Shown piece after piece: positions 9,478 to 17,856 of a stretch of 62,395 nucleotides of DNA. The notes beneath the pieces are model-generated. The model ran no database searches. It was not told where the DNA came from and saw only the letters and a list, made by a program, of their open reading frames with translations. Position 1 is the first letter of the stretch, and each line of letters starts with the position of its first letter. Source of the DNA: Clostridia bacterium. Lineage in GTDB: Bacteria; Bacillota; Clostridia; Oscillospirales; Acutalibacteraceae. The DNA lies in the NCBI GenBank assembly GCA_017629275.1, contig JAGBXM010000060.1, forward strand, positions 1-62,395, in the 5' to 3' direction. A program made the position numbers and the translations under genes.

Positions 9478-10212
9478 TTATTCGCCGTCGGGAGCATCCC
9501 AGTTGTGCCAGACGTTCTGAACGTCCTCGTTTTCATCAAGCAGATCGAGGAGCTTTTCCATTTTGGTGACCATATCGGGATCGTCGATAGCCGAAGTGGT
9601 GGCAGGAACGTAAGCAGGCTCGGCCGAAACGAAGGTGTAACCCTTGGCGCTCAATGCCTCACTTACTGCACCGACCTCGTTGGCGTCGGTCGAAATCTCA
9701 AAAATATCACCGTCGAAGTTAAGGTCGTCGGCACCTGCTTCCAAAGCATCCTCCATAACCTTGTCCTCGTCAAGACCTTCGCCTTCAATGACGATAAGGC
9801 CTTTTCTTTCAAACATAAACATAACCGAGCCAGAGGTACCGAGGTTGCCGCCGCACTTGTCGAAGTAGTGGCGCATTTCACCTGCGGTTCTGTTGCGGTT
9901 GTCGGTCAGGGTCTCGACGATAACGGCGATACCCGAAGGACCGTAGCCTTCATAAATCAGCGATTCGTATTCTGCACCGCCGGTCTCACCTGCGGCCTTT
10001 TTGATGATACGGTCGATATTATCGTTGGGAACGTTGTTGGCCTTAGCTTTGGCGATAACATCACGAAGCTTTGAGTTTACATTGGGGTCGGGGCCGCCTG
10101 CCTTAACGACCATTGCAAGTTCACGGCCGATACGGGTGAAGACCTTGGCTCTTGCCTGGTCGGTTTTTTCTTTCTTTCTTTTAATGGTACTCCATTTGGA
10201 ATGTCCTGACAT
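9478..10212 (-). CDS. yebC: YebC/PmpR-family DNA-binding transcriptional regulator
   Basis: Canonical N-terminus MSGHSKWSTIKRKKEKTDQARAKVFTRIGRE and full-length similarity to the YebC family (244 aa). Confidence 0.95.
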   Translation of the reverse strand: MSGHSKWSTIKRKKEKTDQARAKVFTRIGRELAMVVKAGGPDPNVNSKLRDVIAKAKANNVPNDNIDRIIKKAAGETGGAEYESLIYEGYGPSGIAVIVETLTDNRNRTAGEMRHYFDKCGGNLGTSGSVMFMFERKGLIVIEGEGLDEDKVMEDALEAGADDLNFDGDIFEISTDANEVGAVSEALSAKGYTFVSAEPAYVPATTSAIDDPDMVTKMEKLLDLLDENEDVQNVWHNWDAPDGE

Positions 10213-10354
10213 AATTTTTCCCTCCGGAAATTATTTAAAAAATCATTACGGATTATTTTAACACACTTTTTTTCTTATATCAAGTGAAAAATTGCAGTTT
10301 CTTTACGTTTAGTGTGCAGGATTGTTGTATATAACTATAAATCGCTCTGAATAA

Positions 10355-10376
10355 GATTCTTCGCTTCGCTCAGAAT
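10355..10376 (+). repeat. Short (uninterrupted) GATTCTTCGCT-tcg-CTCAGAAT repeat unit
   Basis: gattcttcgcttcgctcagaat has the same ends as the 65-nt unit at 2690-2754. Confidence 0.6.
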
Positions 10377-10379
10377 GAC

Positions 10380-10406
10380 AAAGCGGGTGGCGATGCCACC
10401 CGCTTT
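10380..10406 (-). terminator. Terminator hairpin AAAGCGGGTGGC-gat-GCCACCCGCTTT (copy 1 of an identical 27-mer)
   Basis: 12-bp perfect stem, 15 nt downstream of the GH16 lipoprotein stop. An identical 27-mer lies at 12312-12338. Confidence 0.7.
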
Positions 10407-10420
10407 GTACTCTTTAGATA

Positions 10421-12181
10421 TTATTTAAGTATACGAATATAGCTTACGCCGTCGTTCTTCTGATAAATATTACAATAATCAATAATGAACTTGTTGGTAT
10501 TGTTCCATTCATCCTCGGTTGCGATAGCAATATCTGTACTCTGCGATGCATAACCCAATGCCATACTTAAAATGAGGTACATTTCATGGTTAAAGCACTC
10601 AATATCCTCTTCTTTCTGAGTGGTGTCATATTTAAAGAACAGTTTGCCATCGCAGGTGAAGGAAATCTGGGTATTGTCCCAAAGGAAGCCGTAGGTGTGG
10701 AAATCGTCGGTAAGTCGGCCGCCTGCTTCGGGGTGGGCGTACTTTTTGGACTGACCGTACTGCTTACCGTCAAGAGAAGTATGATCGTAGCCCATATCCT
10801 TACCCGTTTGAGTCGGCCAACGGTGACCGTTTGCGGCATAGGTTGCCGAATTACCGAACATCTCCATAATGTCGATCTCGGGACGCATCCACATCGGACT
10901 GTTGGGGTCAGTGTTGCTCATTGCCGGATCATTAGTAGCCTTGGAAGCCCAGAATGCAACCCAGAAACTCGGGCCGTGAGGAACAACGGCGCTAATTTCA
11001 GCATAACCGTACTTATACATCATAATATCTTGAGTACGGACCATACCGCCGTACCAATAATTATCGTCATAGGTTGCACAGATATGGAACTTGCCGTCGC
11101 GGACAAACACATAGTTGGGATCGGTGTTACGAACCGACTTTTTACCGTGCTGACCCTCGGCCGCATGCTGTGATTCATTCATCTGCCGCCATTTCGAGGT
11201 GTCAAGTGCATCACCGTCAAAATCGTCGCCCCAAATGTACTTGAAGGTGTCGTCGCCGTAAGCCTTGACCGTTTCGGCATAGGTGCCGCTGACGGTATCG
11301 GCATCGGTGATGGATCCCTTATCAAGCATCTTGGAAAACTCACTGACTGCAATGGCGGTCGCGTGAGCGCTTCCGCCGTTGATATAAACCTTCTTACCGC
11401 TTATTTTTATCTTATAAGCATCGTGGTCGGAGATTGCTTCAACGCCGTCGCGCTTAGCATTGCCGACGATAATTTCACATTCCGAAGCGTCGGCCTTTAC
11501 GTCGTTTACCACGTCACAATGGTAACCCGTTTTGCTGAGCACCTTATCATCGAGCATTGCATCGATTTCCTGCTGCGTAAGATAAGAGGTATTGAAATAA
11601 GGCTTAACGACCTTGAAATTCCCAATATTAGTTCCATTTATCTTAATGTCCACAAAATCACCCTTTACAATATTAACGTGCTCAATGCCACCCTTTACGC
11701 CTTCGGCTTTAAGGAAATTTTTGACGAAGTACTCGGCCGCAGTCTGTAAGCCTTCACCGTTATAAGCATTTATAACGATCTTCTTACCAATGGTGCAGAT
11801 TATCCAGTCGTTATAACGGCCGCCGTTTTTGGACTTGATATAATCAAGTCCCTGCTTTGACTCGGGACGATTGGTGGACCCGACAAGTATTTCATATTTG
11901 TCGGCACCGTCATCAGCATCACTCAGGTTCTTGGCCGAAACGCCCAAAGTATCCTTTAACTGCTTGAACAGATAAGAGGCCGTTGCGTTCTCCTCGATAA
12001 CGTCGGTCCCAGGACGGACGATGGTATAAACCGATGCTCCGTCGGCCACATACTTAACGTCGGCCTTGGAAATCGTCGCGTTACCTTCGGTTGACCCGCC
12101 GTCATTCTTTTTGCCACCGCAACCTGCAAACAAGGTCACTGCAAACAAAAGACAAAATAAAACTGCGATTACTCTTTTCAT
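10421..12181 (-). CDS. Lipoprotein with a duplicated N-terminal domain and a C-terminal GH16 (beta-glucanase/laminarinase-type) catalytic domain
   Basis: Signal peptide with lipobox (LFAGC). GH16 catalytic motif EIDIME within RPEIDIMEMFGN. Two internally similar ~130-aa N-terminal modules (..EILVGSTNR..GKKIVINAYNGEGLQTAAEYF.. and ..EIIVGNAKRD..GKKVYINGGSAHATAIAVSEF..). Confidence 0.8.
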   Translation of the reverse strand: MKRVIAVLFCLLFAVTLFAGCGGKKNDGGSTEGNATISKADVKYVADGASVYTIVRPGTDVIEENATASYLFKQLKDTLGVSAKNLSDADDGADKYEILVGSTNRPESKQGLDYIKSKNGGRYNDWIICTIGKKIVINAYNGEGLQTAAEYFVKNFLKAEGVKGGIEHVNIVKGDFVDIKINGTNIGNFKVVKPYFNTSYLTQQEIDAMLDDKVLSKTGYHCDVVNDVKADASECEIIVGNAKRDGVEAISDHDAYKIKISGKKVYINGGSAHATAIAVSEFSKMLDKGSITDADTVSGTYAETVKAYGDDTFKYIWGDDFDGDALDTSKWRQMNESQHAAEGQHGKKSVRNTDPNYVFVRDGKFHICATYDDNYWYGGMVRTQDIMMYKYGYAEISAVVPHGPSFWVAFWASKATNDPAMSNTDPNSPMWMRPEIDIMEMFGNSATYAANGHRWPTQTGKDMGYDHTSLDGKQYGQSKKYAHPEAGGRLTDDFHTYGFLWDNTQISFTCDGKLFFKYDTTQKEEDIECFNHEMYLILSMALGYASQSTDIAIATEDEWNNTNKFIIDYCNIYQKNDGVSYIRILK

Positions 12182-12212
12182 AAATTAAGCCTCCTTAATG
12201 TAGTTCAATTTC

Positions 12213-12241
12213 ATTTTATCACACAAAAAAAATGCTGTCAA
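12213..12241 (-). promoter_or_regulatory. Near-consensus sigma-A promoter of the GH16 lipoprotein gene, with a T8 tract in the spacer
   Basis: Minus strand reads TTGACA-gcaTTTTTTTTgtgtga-TAAAAT: 17-nt spacer and a TGn extended -10. RBS AAGGAGG lies ~20 nt downstream. Confidence 0.65.
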
Positions 12242-12311
12242 CAAAAACGCACCAAAAAGATGCTATTTGCAATAAAAATATTGTATATTTGCGCATAAGG
12301 TTCAGAGCAAT

Positions 12312-12338
12312 AAAGCGGGTGGCGATGCCACCCGCTTT
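12312..12338 (-). terminator. Terminator hairpin AAAGCGGGTGGC-gat-GCCACCCGCTTT (copy 2), downstream of ruvX
   Basis: 27/27 identical to 10380-10406; lies 23 nt past the ruvX stop. Confidence 0.7.
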
Positions 12339-12360
12339 CGGTGTGTTAGGTAGTGAGATA

Positions 12361-12789
12361 TTAGGTTTTGTTTTCGGTGTTGGCGCGGTGGCGGAGGTAG
12401 TCCTCCAAAATAATGGTGGCGGCGACGGCATCGACCGTCTGTTTGCGCTTCTTACCGCGCACGTCGTTTGAATTGAGAGCAATATGGGCGCTGACCGTGG
12501 TGCAACGCTCGTCCCACAGCTCTACGGGAAGCCCCGTGGCTTCCTTCAAAGCCTCGGCGGCGGCAGCACATTCCTGTGCCTTGAAGCCTTCGCTTCCGTC
12601 CATATTTTTCGGATAACCGACAACTATCATCTCGGCGCCGAGTTCTTTCGCCTTGGCGGCGAGTTTTTCGATCAATTTTTCGCGGTTATATTCGGTTATG
12701 ACGCATTTGGGAAAGGCGAAGCCTTCACCCTTGTCGCTCAGTGCGACGCCTGTTCGCGCCGTGCCGACGTCAACTGACATTATATACAT
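12361..12789 (-). CDS. ruvX: Holliday-junction resolvase-like protein RuvX/YqgF
   Basis: N-terminus MSVDVGTARTGVALSD and a 142-aa YqgF-family layout. RBS AAGGAG lies 8 nt upstream of ATG 12789. Confidence 0.9.
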   Translation of the reverse strand: MYIMSVDVGTARTGVALSDKGEGFAFPKCVITEYNREKLIEKLAAKAKELGAEMIVVGYPKNMDGSEGFKAQECAAAAEALKEATGLPVELWDERCTTVSAHIALNSNDVRGKKRKQTVDAVAATIILEDYLRHRANTENKT

Positions 12790-12810
12790 AAACTTCTCTC
12801 CTTTATTATG

Positions 12811-12852
12811 CCTTCGTTGGGGAAGGTGGCGGCGAAGCCGACGAATGAGGAA
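12811..12852 (-). repeat. Composite palindromic repeat module, inverted copy
   Basis: The reverse complement reads ttcctcattcgt-CGGCttcGCCG-ccac-CCTTCcccaacGAAGG. Same order of parts as 2639-2685. Confidence 0.65.
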
Positions 12853-12902
12853 AACCCAACCTGTAATAACTTTATTCTACACAAGCCGATTCAGGATACG
12901 CT

Positions 12903-12952
12903 CTCCTCATCCACCAACCTTACGGTTGGTCCCCCTTCCCCGCTGGGGAAGG
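12903..12952 (+). repeat. Composite palindromic repeat module, copy 3
   Basis: ctcctcatcca-CCAACCttacGGTTGG-tccc-CCTTCCCCgctGGGGAAGG. Confidence 0.75.
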
Positions 12953-12974
12953 CCAACGTGTAAATTTACTTATT

Positions 12975-12998
12975 GTAGGGAATGGATTTATCCATTCC
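12975..12998 (+). repeat. GTAG-headed hairpin (REP-like)
   Basis: GTAG followed by GGAATGGA-ttta-TCCATTCC (8-bp stem). Confidence 0.6.
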
Positions 12999-13031
12999 AA
13001 AAACCGTCTTGCGGCGGGTGAAATCACACTC

Positions 13032-13057
13032 GTAGGGGAGCACCTATGTGTGCTCCC
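13032..13057 (+). repeat. GTAG-headed hairpin (REP-like)
   Basis: GTAG followed by GGGAGCAC-ctatgt-GTGCTCCC (8-bp stem). A degenerate inverted copy with a GTAGGGTGAAC head on the minus strand lies at ~13062-13088. Confidence 0.6.
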
Positions 13058-13091
13058 GAAAACAGGCAAACACGCAGGTTCACCCTACGGT

Positions 13092-13457
13092 TTAATTTAT
13101 TATCTCCCAATAATACTTTCGGTTTGAGGTGGGGAAGTCGGGCAATATACCGTGCTCGGGATCAAAGAATGTCCCCTTAAAATACAGTGACCAATGCCAA
13201 CATCTCGGCGTTTCGAGACTTAATATGCAAACGGGCGGCAGGTCGGCCTTGGTTGACACCGGTTTCCGTTCACGGTTATATGTGATGTTTAAAGCGTCAA
13301 GCGAGGACAACATCTGCTTTAAATTGGTTTCGCGGTCGGTGCCGCAGAGCTTTATTATATCTTTAATATTTTCACCCGACAGCATTGTCAGAACCGCCTG
13401 ACCGCATTGCAGGTCATTAGGCTCGTGAACATAAGTGACGTTTTGAACTAACGGCAT
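13092..13457 (-). CDS. Small C39-like (papain-fold) cysteine peptidase domain protein
   Basis: 121 aa. Q-C motif (DLQCGQAVLTML), then a buried His (CWHWSLYF) and FFDPEHG, matching the Cys/His/Asp order of C39-like peptidases. Its ATG overlaps the tadA stop (TGATG). Confidence 0.45.
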   Translation of the reverse strand: MPLVQNVTYVHEPNDLQCGQAVLTMLSGENIKDIIKLCGTDRETNLKQMLSSLDALNITYNRERKPVSTKADLPPVCILSLETPRCWHWSLYFKGTFFDPEHGILPDFPTSNRKYYWEIIN

Positions 13458-13915
13458 CAGTTATCATCCTTTTGGCGAAGGTCTTTGAAAAATCGGGTCA
13501 TCATATCGGAGCATTCTTTTTCACATATCCCTGCCCAGACCTCGGGTCGGTGGTTATATTTCAATGCGAACAAGTCAATGACCGAGTCGTTTGAACAGGA
13601 CCCCATTTTTTTATCAAATGCACCGAACACCACTTTATCGAGTCTTGCGTTTATAATGGCGCCTGCGCACATCGGACAGGGTTCGAGCGTTACGTAGATA
13701 TCGCACCCGTCAAGTCGCCAACTGCCCGTCGCTTTACAGGCGTTGTGAATAGCCTCTATCTCGGCGTGGCCCAAAGCTGTGCCGTCTCGTTCACGTCGAT
13801 TTTGCCCTGTGGCTATTATTTTGCCGTCTTTAACTATAACGGCGCCGACGGGGATTTCACCGTTTTCTCCCGCTTCGATTCCAAGGCGGATGGCCTCTTT
13901 CATATACTTTTCCAT
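13457..13915 (-). CDS. tadA: tRNA adenosine(34) deaminase
   Basis: CDA zinc motifs HAEIEAI and PCPMCAGA; 152 aa. Confidence 0.9.
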   Translation of the reverse strand: MEKYMKEAIRLGIEAGENGEIPVGAVIVKDGKIIATGQNRRERDGTALGHAEIEAIHNACKATGSWRLDGCDIYVTLEPCPMCAGAIINARLDKVVFGAFDKKMGSCSNDSVIDLFALKYNHRPEVWAGICEKECSDMMTRFFKDLRQKDDN

Positions 13916-13918
13916 AGC

Positions 13919-14956
13919 TTATGCAATAAACAATGCCGCAACCGACATTACAAGACACATAGTAATGTAAATGATAACGGCAGGGGAGGTCAACAGCCAT
14001 TTTACGTCACGTTTGCCGTTTTCGGTTCGCTCGGCCGACAGCCTGAAGGGCGCAACGTCGGTTTTGACAAGTATAATAAAACCGCAGATGCCGATGAGCA
14101 GCATTACCGCAAAGTAAAGATAGGTGACCGCTGCCTGAACCATAGGACTCATGGTCGAGGTGGCATAATCAAGTACGACCGACACCGTATTGTTGATGGC
14201 GTGGATCAGAATTGCAGGGAGCATTGAACCCGTGTATACGGTGGCATATCCCAAAACAAGGCCGACGCCGAAGGCAAACGGAACCTGCTGGAAGTTGCCG
14301 TGCACAAGTCCGAAAAAAGCGGCAGAGATAATTATCGAAGCACCGTCACCGAGTTTGGTTCTCAATATACCGAGCACTACACCGCGGAAGGCAAATTCCT
14401 CGAGTAATGCCGGTAAAATGCCGATACAAAGAACTACCAGTATAAACGAGCCTATATTATAATTGTAATCGGGCATATTGGCCGACGGAAGCACGTGGAA
14501 TATGGCGTTTATTATGCTCGAAAACATAGCGGTACCGATGTTGCTTATGATACAAACGCCCATTCCCAGCATAACGACCGCTAAGGATTTCGTGCGTGAG
14601 GTTTTGCCGAAAAGAATCAGATCACCCAAACGGTGCTTGCAGGCACTTGCCGTTATGACAAACGGCACCGTGAAAATCACGAGATTTATAACTGCGTTTA
14701 TAAGATACAAGACGTCGGAATCGGCGAGCATAGCCTGTGTGTTGCTGAAGCCTGCAACCATCATCATGGCTACAATAATTACGGTCTGAAGCACAAAGCT
14801 TCCGACATTGACCATACACAACGGCAGACCGACCGCGTTGCCGACCTTTCGTACCGACAGCTTTTCCTTGTATCCTTCGGGGTCAAAATAAGGGTGACCC
14901 GGTTGAACGGGCGGTGTGGGGGTAAAGAACTGATTATTCGGTTCCAAAAGAATCAC
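13919..14956 (-). CDS. CPBP-family (CAAX/Abi) intramembrane metalloprotease
   Basis: Motifs LLEEFAFRG, FGLVHGN and HAINN in a polytopic protein. The annotated GTG 14956 lies inside a GAGGTG RBS-like string, so the true start may be TTG 14947. Confidence 0.8.
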   Translation of the reverse strand: MILLEPNNQFFTPTPPVQPGHPYFDPEGYKEKLSVRKVGNAVGLPLCMVNVGSFVLQTVIIVAMMMVAGFSNTQAMLADSDVLYLINAVINLVIFTVPFVITASACKHRLGDLILFGKTSRTKSLAVVMLGMGVCIISNIGTAMFSSIINAIFHVLPSANMPDYNYNIGSFILVVLCIGILPALLEEFAFRGVVLGILRTKLGDGASIIISAAFFGLVHGNFQQVPFAFGVGLVLGYATVYTGSMLPAILIHAINNTVSVVLDYATSTMSPMVQAAVTYLYFAVMLLIGICGFIILVKTDVAPFRLSAERTENGKRDVKWLLTSPAVIIYITMCLVMSVAALFIA

Positions 14957-15310
14957 CTCAAAATTGATTTGTTATAACTTGAAATTCGCGTATTTTAGTG
15001 CAATTTAACCAAACGGTCAAATTATTACCACTGTTTTAAAACGCTTTTTATAAAAATTGTATAAAATTTGGTTCGTTTTTCTACATAACAACTATTGAAA
15101 AACCAAACACATTATATTATAATGGTTATGGTTAGTCAAAACAAAAATTGTTTCGACAAACTACAATCATTATAATAATATCAGAAATGGGGAAGTATAT
15201 CGTTTTGCACTTTCCCGACCGTTATTTATTACTGTATAATATAATAAATTATTGCGGTAAAATAATCAATGACTAAATCGTGAATTTTTATAAAATTCGG
15301 AGGAATTTAT

Positions 15311-17707
15311 ATGTATTCTGTGAAACAGATCTACGATCTTATCGGTCAGAAGATGACCCACAACTTCGGTGTTGTGCCTTCGCAGGCATCGGATGAAATG
15401 TTCTACAAGGCGTCGGTCCTTGCATTGCTTGACGTTATGAACGAGCGCCGTGCCGCCTTCAGAGCCGATGCTTCCGCGCAGGAAAGCAAAATGGTCTATT
15501 ATCTTTCGATGGAGTTCTTGATGGGCCGTTCTTTGAAGAACAACCTTTTCAACCTCAAGTTGGATGACACTTTTAAAAAGGCTTTGGCAAAATATGATGT
15601 CAAGCTTGACAATCTTTACGAGCTTGAACCCGATGCCGGCTTGGGCAACGGCGGTCTCGGCCGTCTTGCCGCCTGTTTCCTCGACGGTCTTACCACCGGC
15701 GGATATCCTGCAATGGGTTACTGCATTAAATATGAATTCGGCATCTTCCGTCAGAAGTTTGTTGACGGTTGGCAGACCGAAATGCCCGACTTCTGGCTTC
15801 CCGGCGGTTCGGCCTGGCTTGTTCGTCGCGATACTTCGGCGGTCGACGTACATTTTGGCGGTCATCTTAAAGAGATATGGCACGATAACTATCACAGTGT
15901 TGAGGTTGAGGATTACGATACCGTCCGTGCCGTACCTTACGATCTTATGGTTGCGGGTGCCGACGGCCGAAGCGTCAACGTTCTCCGTCTTTGGAGTTCG
16001 GAGACGCCTTCCATCAATATGGCGGCATTTAACCACGGTGATTATGTCCGCGCGCTTGAGCGCCAGGCTATGGCCGAGGTCATCAGTAAGGTTTTGTACC
16101 CCGAGGATAATCATCCCGAAGGTAAGTCTTTAAGACTTCGTCAGCAGTATTTCCTGGTTTCGGCCTCGATTCAGGATATTCTGCAAAGACACCTGAAAAA
16201 ATACGGCACTCTGGATAACCTGCCCGAAAAGGCGGCTATTCATATTAACGATACACATCCTGCTTTGGTTGTTCCCGAGCTTATGCGCTATTTGCTTGAC
16301 GAATGCGGATACGAATGGGATAAGGCCTGGGATATTGTGACCCGCACCGCCGCCTACACCAACCACACCATTATGCGTGAAGCACTTGAGTGTTGGCAGA
16401 TCGATTTGTTCCGCGGCCTTTTGCCGAGAATTTATCAGATCGTACAGGAGATCGACAACCGCTTCAGAAAGTCGATGTGGGAAAAGACACACGATTCCAA
16501 TTACGTTGCACGTACCGCCATTATCGAAGACGGTGTTGTCAGAATGGCCAACCTTTGTGTTGCTTCCTGCCACAGCGTAAACGGTGTTTCGCGTTTGCAC
16601 AGTAACATTTTGAAGGATAACCTTTTCAACGACTACTACCGTGTGACCCCCGAGAAGTTCACCAACGTTACCAACGGTATTGCTTTCCGCCGTTGGCTCT
16701 GTCAGGCCAACCCCGAGCTTACCAAGCTTATTACCGAGTGTATCGGTGATGGCTTCATTCTCGACAATGCCGCTTTGAAGGAGTTTGAAAAATTCGCCGA
16801 CGATAAGGCAGTGCTCGAAAAACTGGCCGCCGTCAAGCGCCACAATAAGGAGCGTTTTGCCAAATTTGTCAAGAAGGAATACGGCATCGTGCTTGACCCC
16901 GATTCGATATTCGATATGCAGGTCAAACGTCTGCACGAGTATAAGCGTCAGCACCTCAATGCACTTCATATTATTGCCGATTACCTTTATATTAAGGAAA
17001 ACCCCAATGCCGAGTTTACCCCTAAGACCTATATCTTCGGCGCTAAAGCGGCTCCCGGTTATCACCTCGCCAAAGAGATCATTCAGATGATCATTAACCT
17101 TTCCAAGGTTATTGAAAACGATCCCGCGGTTAAGGATAAGATCAAGATATTGTTCGTTGAGGACTACCGTGTCACCATGGCGGAACTGATGATTCCGTCG
17201 GCCGATATTTCGGAGCAGATTTCTCTGGCTTCGACTGAAGCTTCGGGCACGGGCAATATGAAGCTGATGCTTAACGGTGCCATCACTTTGGGTACCGAGG
17301 ACGGCGCTAACGTTGAAATTCACGAGGCAGTCGGTGACGACAACATCATCATCTTCGGTATGCACACCCCCGAGGTATTGAAGTTGAGAAACAGCTACAA
17401 TCCGTCGGCTTATTACAACAACAATGCCAAGCTTCGCCGTGCAGTTGATTTTATCTGCAACGGTGTCGGCGGGGCAAATTTCCCGGCACTCTCCAATGCC
17501 TTGCGTAACAGCGATTACTATATGGCATTTGCCGATTTCGAGGATTACTGCGCCGCTCAGAGTAAGGCTTCGATGCTTTATAACGACCGTGAGCGTTGGA
17601 ACAGAATGTCGCTTATCAACATTGCCAACGCAGGTATCTTCTCGGCCGACCGTTCCATTTACGATTATGCAACCACTATCTGGAACGCCAAACCGCTCGA
17701 TAAATGA
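15311..17707 (+). CDS. glgP: Glycogen/maltodextrin (alpha-glucan) phosphorylase
   Basis: 798 aa with the PLP-lysine motif EASGTGNMKLMLNGA and GNGGLGRLAACFLD near the N-terminus. Confidence 0.95.
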   Translation: MYSVKQIYDLIGQKMTHNFGVVPSQASDEMFYKASVLALLDVMNERRAAFRADASAQESKMVYYLSMEFLMGRSLKNNLFNLKLDDTFKKALAKYDVKLDNLYELEPDAGLGNGGLGRLAACFLDGLTTGGYPAMGYCIKYEFGIFRQKFVDGWQTEMPDFWLPGGSAWLVRRDTSAVDVHFGGHLKEIWHDNYHSVEVEDYDTVRAVPYDLMVAGADGRSVNVLRLWSSETPSINMAAFNHGDYVRALERQAMAEVISKVLYPEDNHPEGKSLRLRQQYFLVSASIQDILQRHLKKYGTLDNLPEKAAIHINDTHPALVVPELMRYLLDECGYEWDKAWDIVTRTAAYTNHTIMREALECWQIDLFRGLLPRIYQIVQEIDNRFRKSMWEKTHDSNYVARTAIIEDGVVRMANLCVASCHSVNGVSRLHSNILKDNLFNDYYRVTPEKFTNVTNGIAFRRWLCQANPELTKLITECIGDGFILDNAALKEFEKFADDKAVLEKLAAVKRHNKERFAKFVKKEYGIVLDPDSIFDMQVKRLHEYKRQHLNALHIIADYLYIKENPNAEFTPKTYIFGAKAAPGYHLAKEIIQMIINLSKVIENDPAVKDKIKILFVEDYRVTMAELMIPSADISEQISLASTEASGTGNMKLMLNGAITLGTEDGANVEIHEAVGDDNIIIFGMHTPEVLKLRNSYNPSAYYNNNAKLRRAVDFICNGVGGANFPALSNALRNSDYYMAFADFEDYCAAQSKASMLYNDRERWNRMSLINIANAGIFSADRSIYDYATTIWNAKPLDK

Positions 17708-17713
17708 TAAATA

Positions 17714-17759
17714 AAAAGAGGCGTTTCGGTGCTGAAAATGCGCCGAAACGCCTCTTTTG
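17714..17759 (+). terminator. glgP intrinsic terminator
   Basis: AGAGGCGTTTCGG...CCGAAACGCCTCT (13-bp stem) followed by TTTT. Confidence 0.8.
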
Positions 17760-17856
17760 TATTGTTAATATGGACAATATACAATATATTCGGGTTGACA
17801 TTTGAAAAAATTTAGTATAAAATAGATAATGATAAATTGTGGAGGTGTATTTCTTT

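Noticed and set aside
12653-13021. 122-aa ORF spanning the region upstream of ruvX
   Set aside because: It reads through the palindromic repeat cluster and its product is repeat-derived (..PLPRWGRP..). It has no RBS and overlaps the ruvX 5' end.
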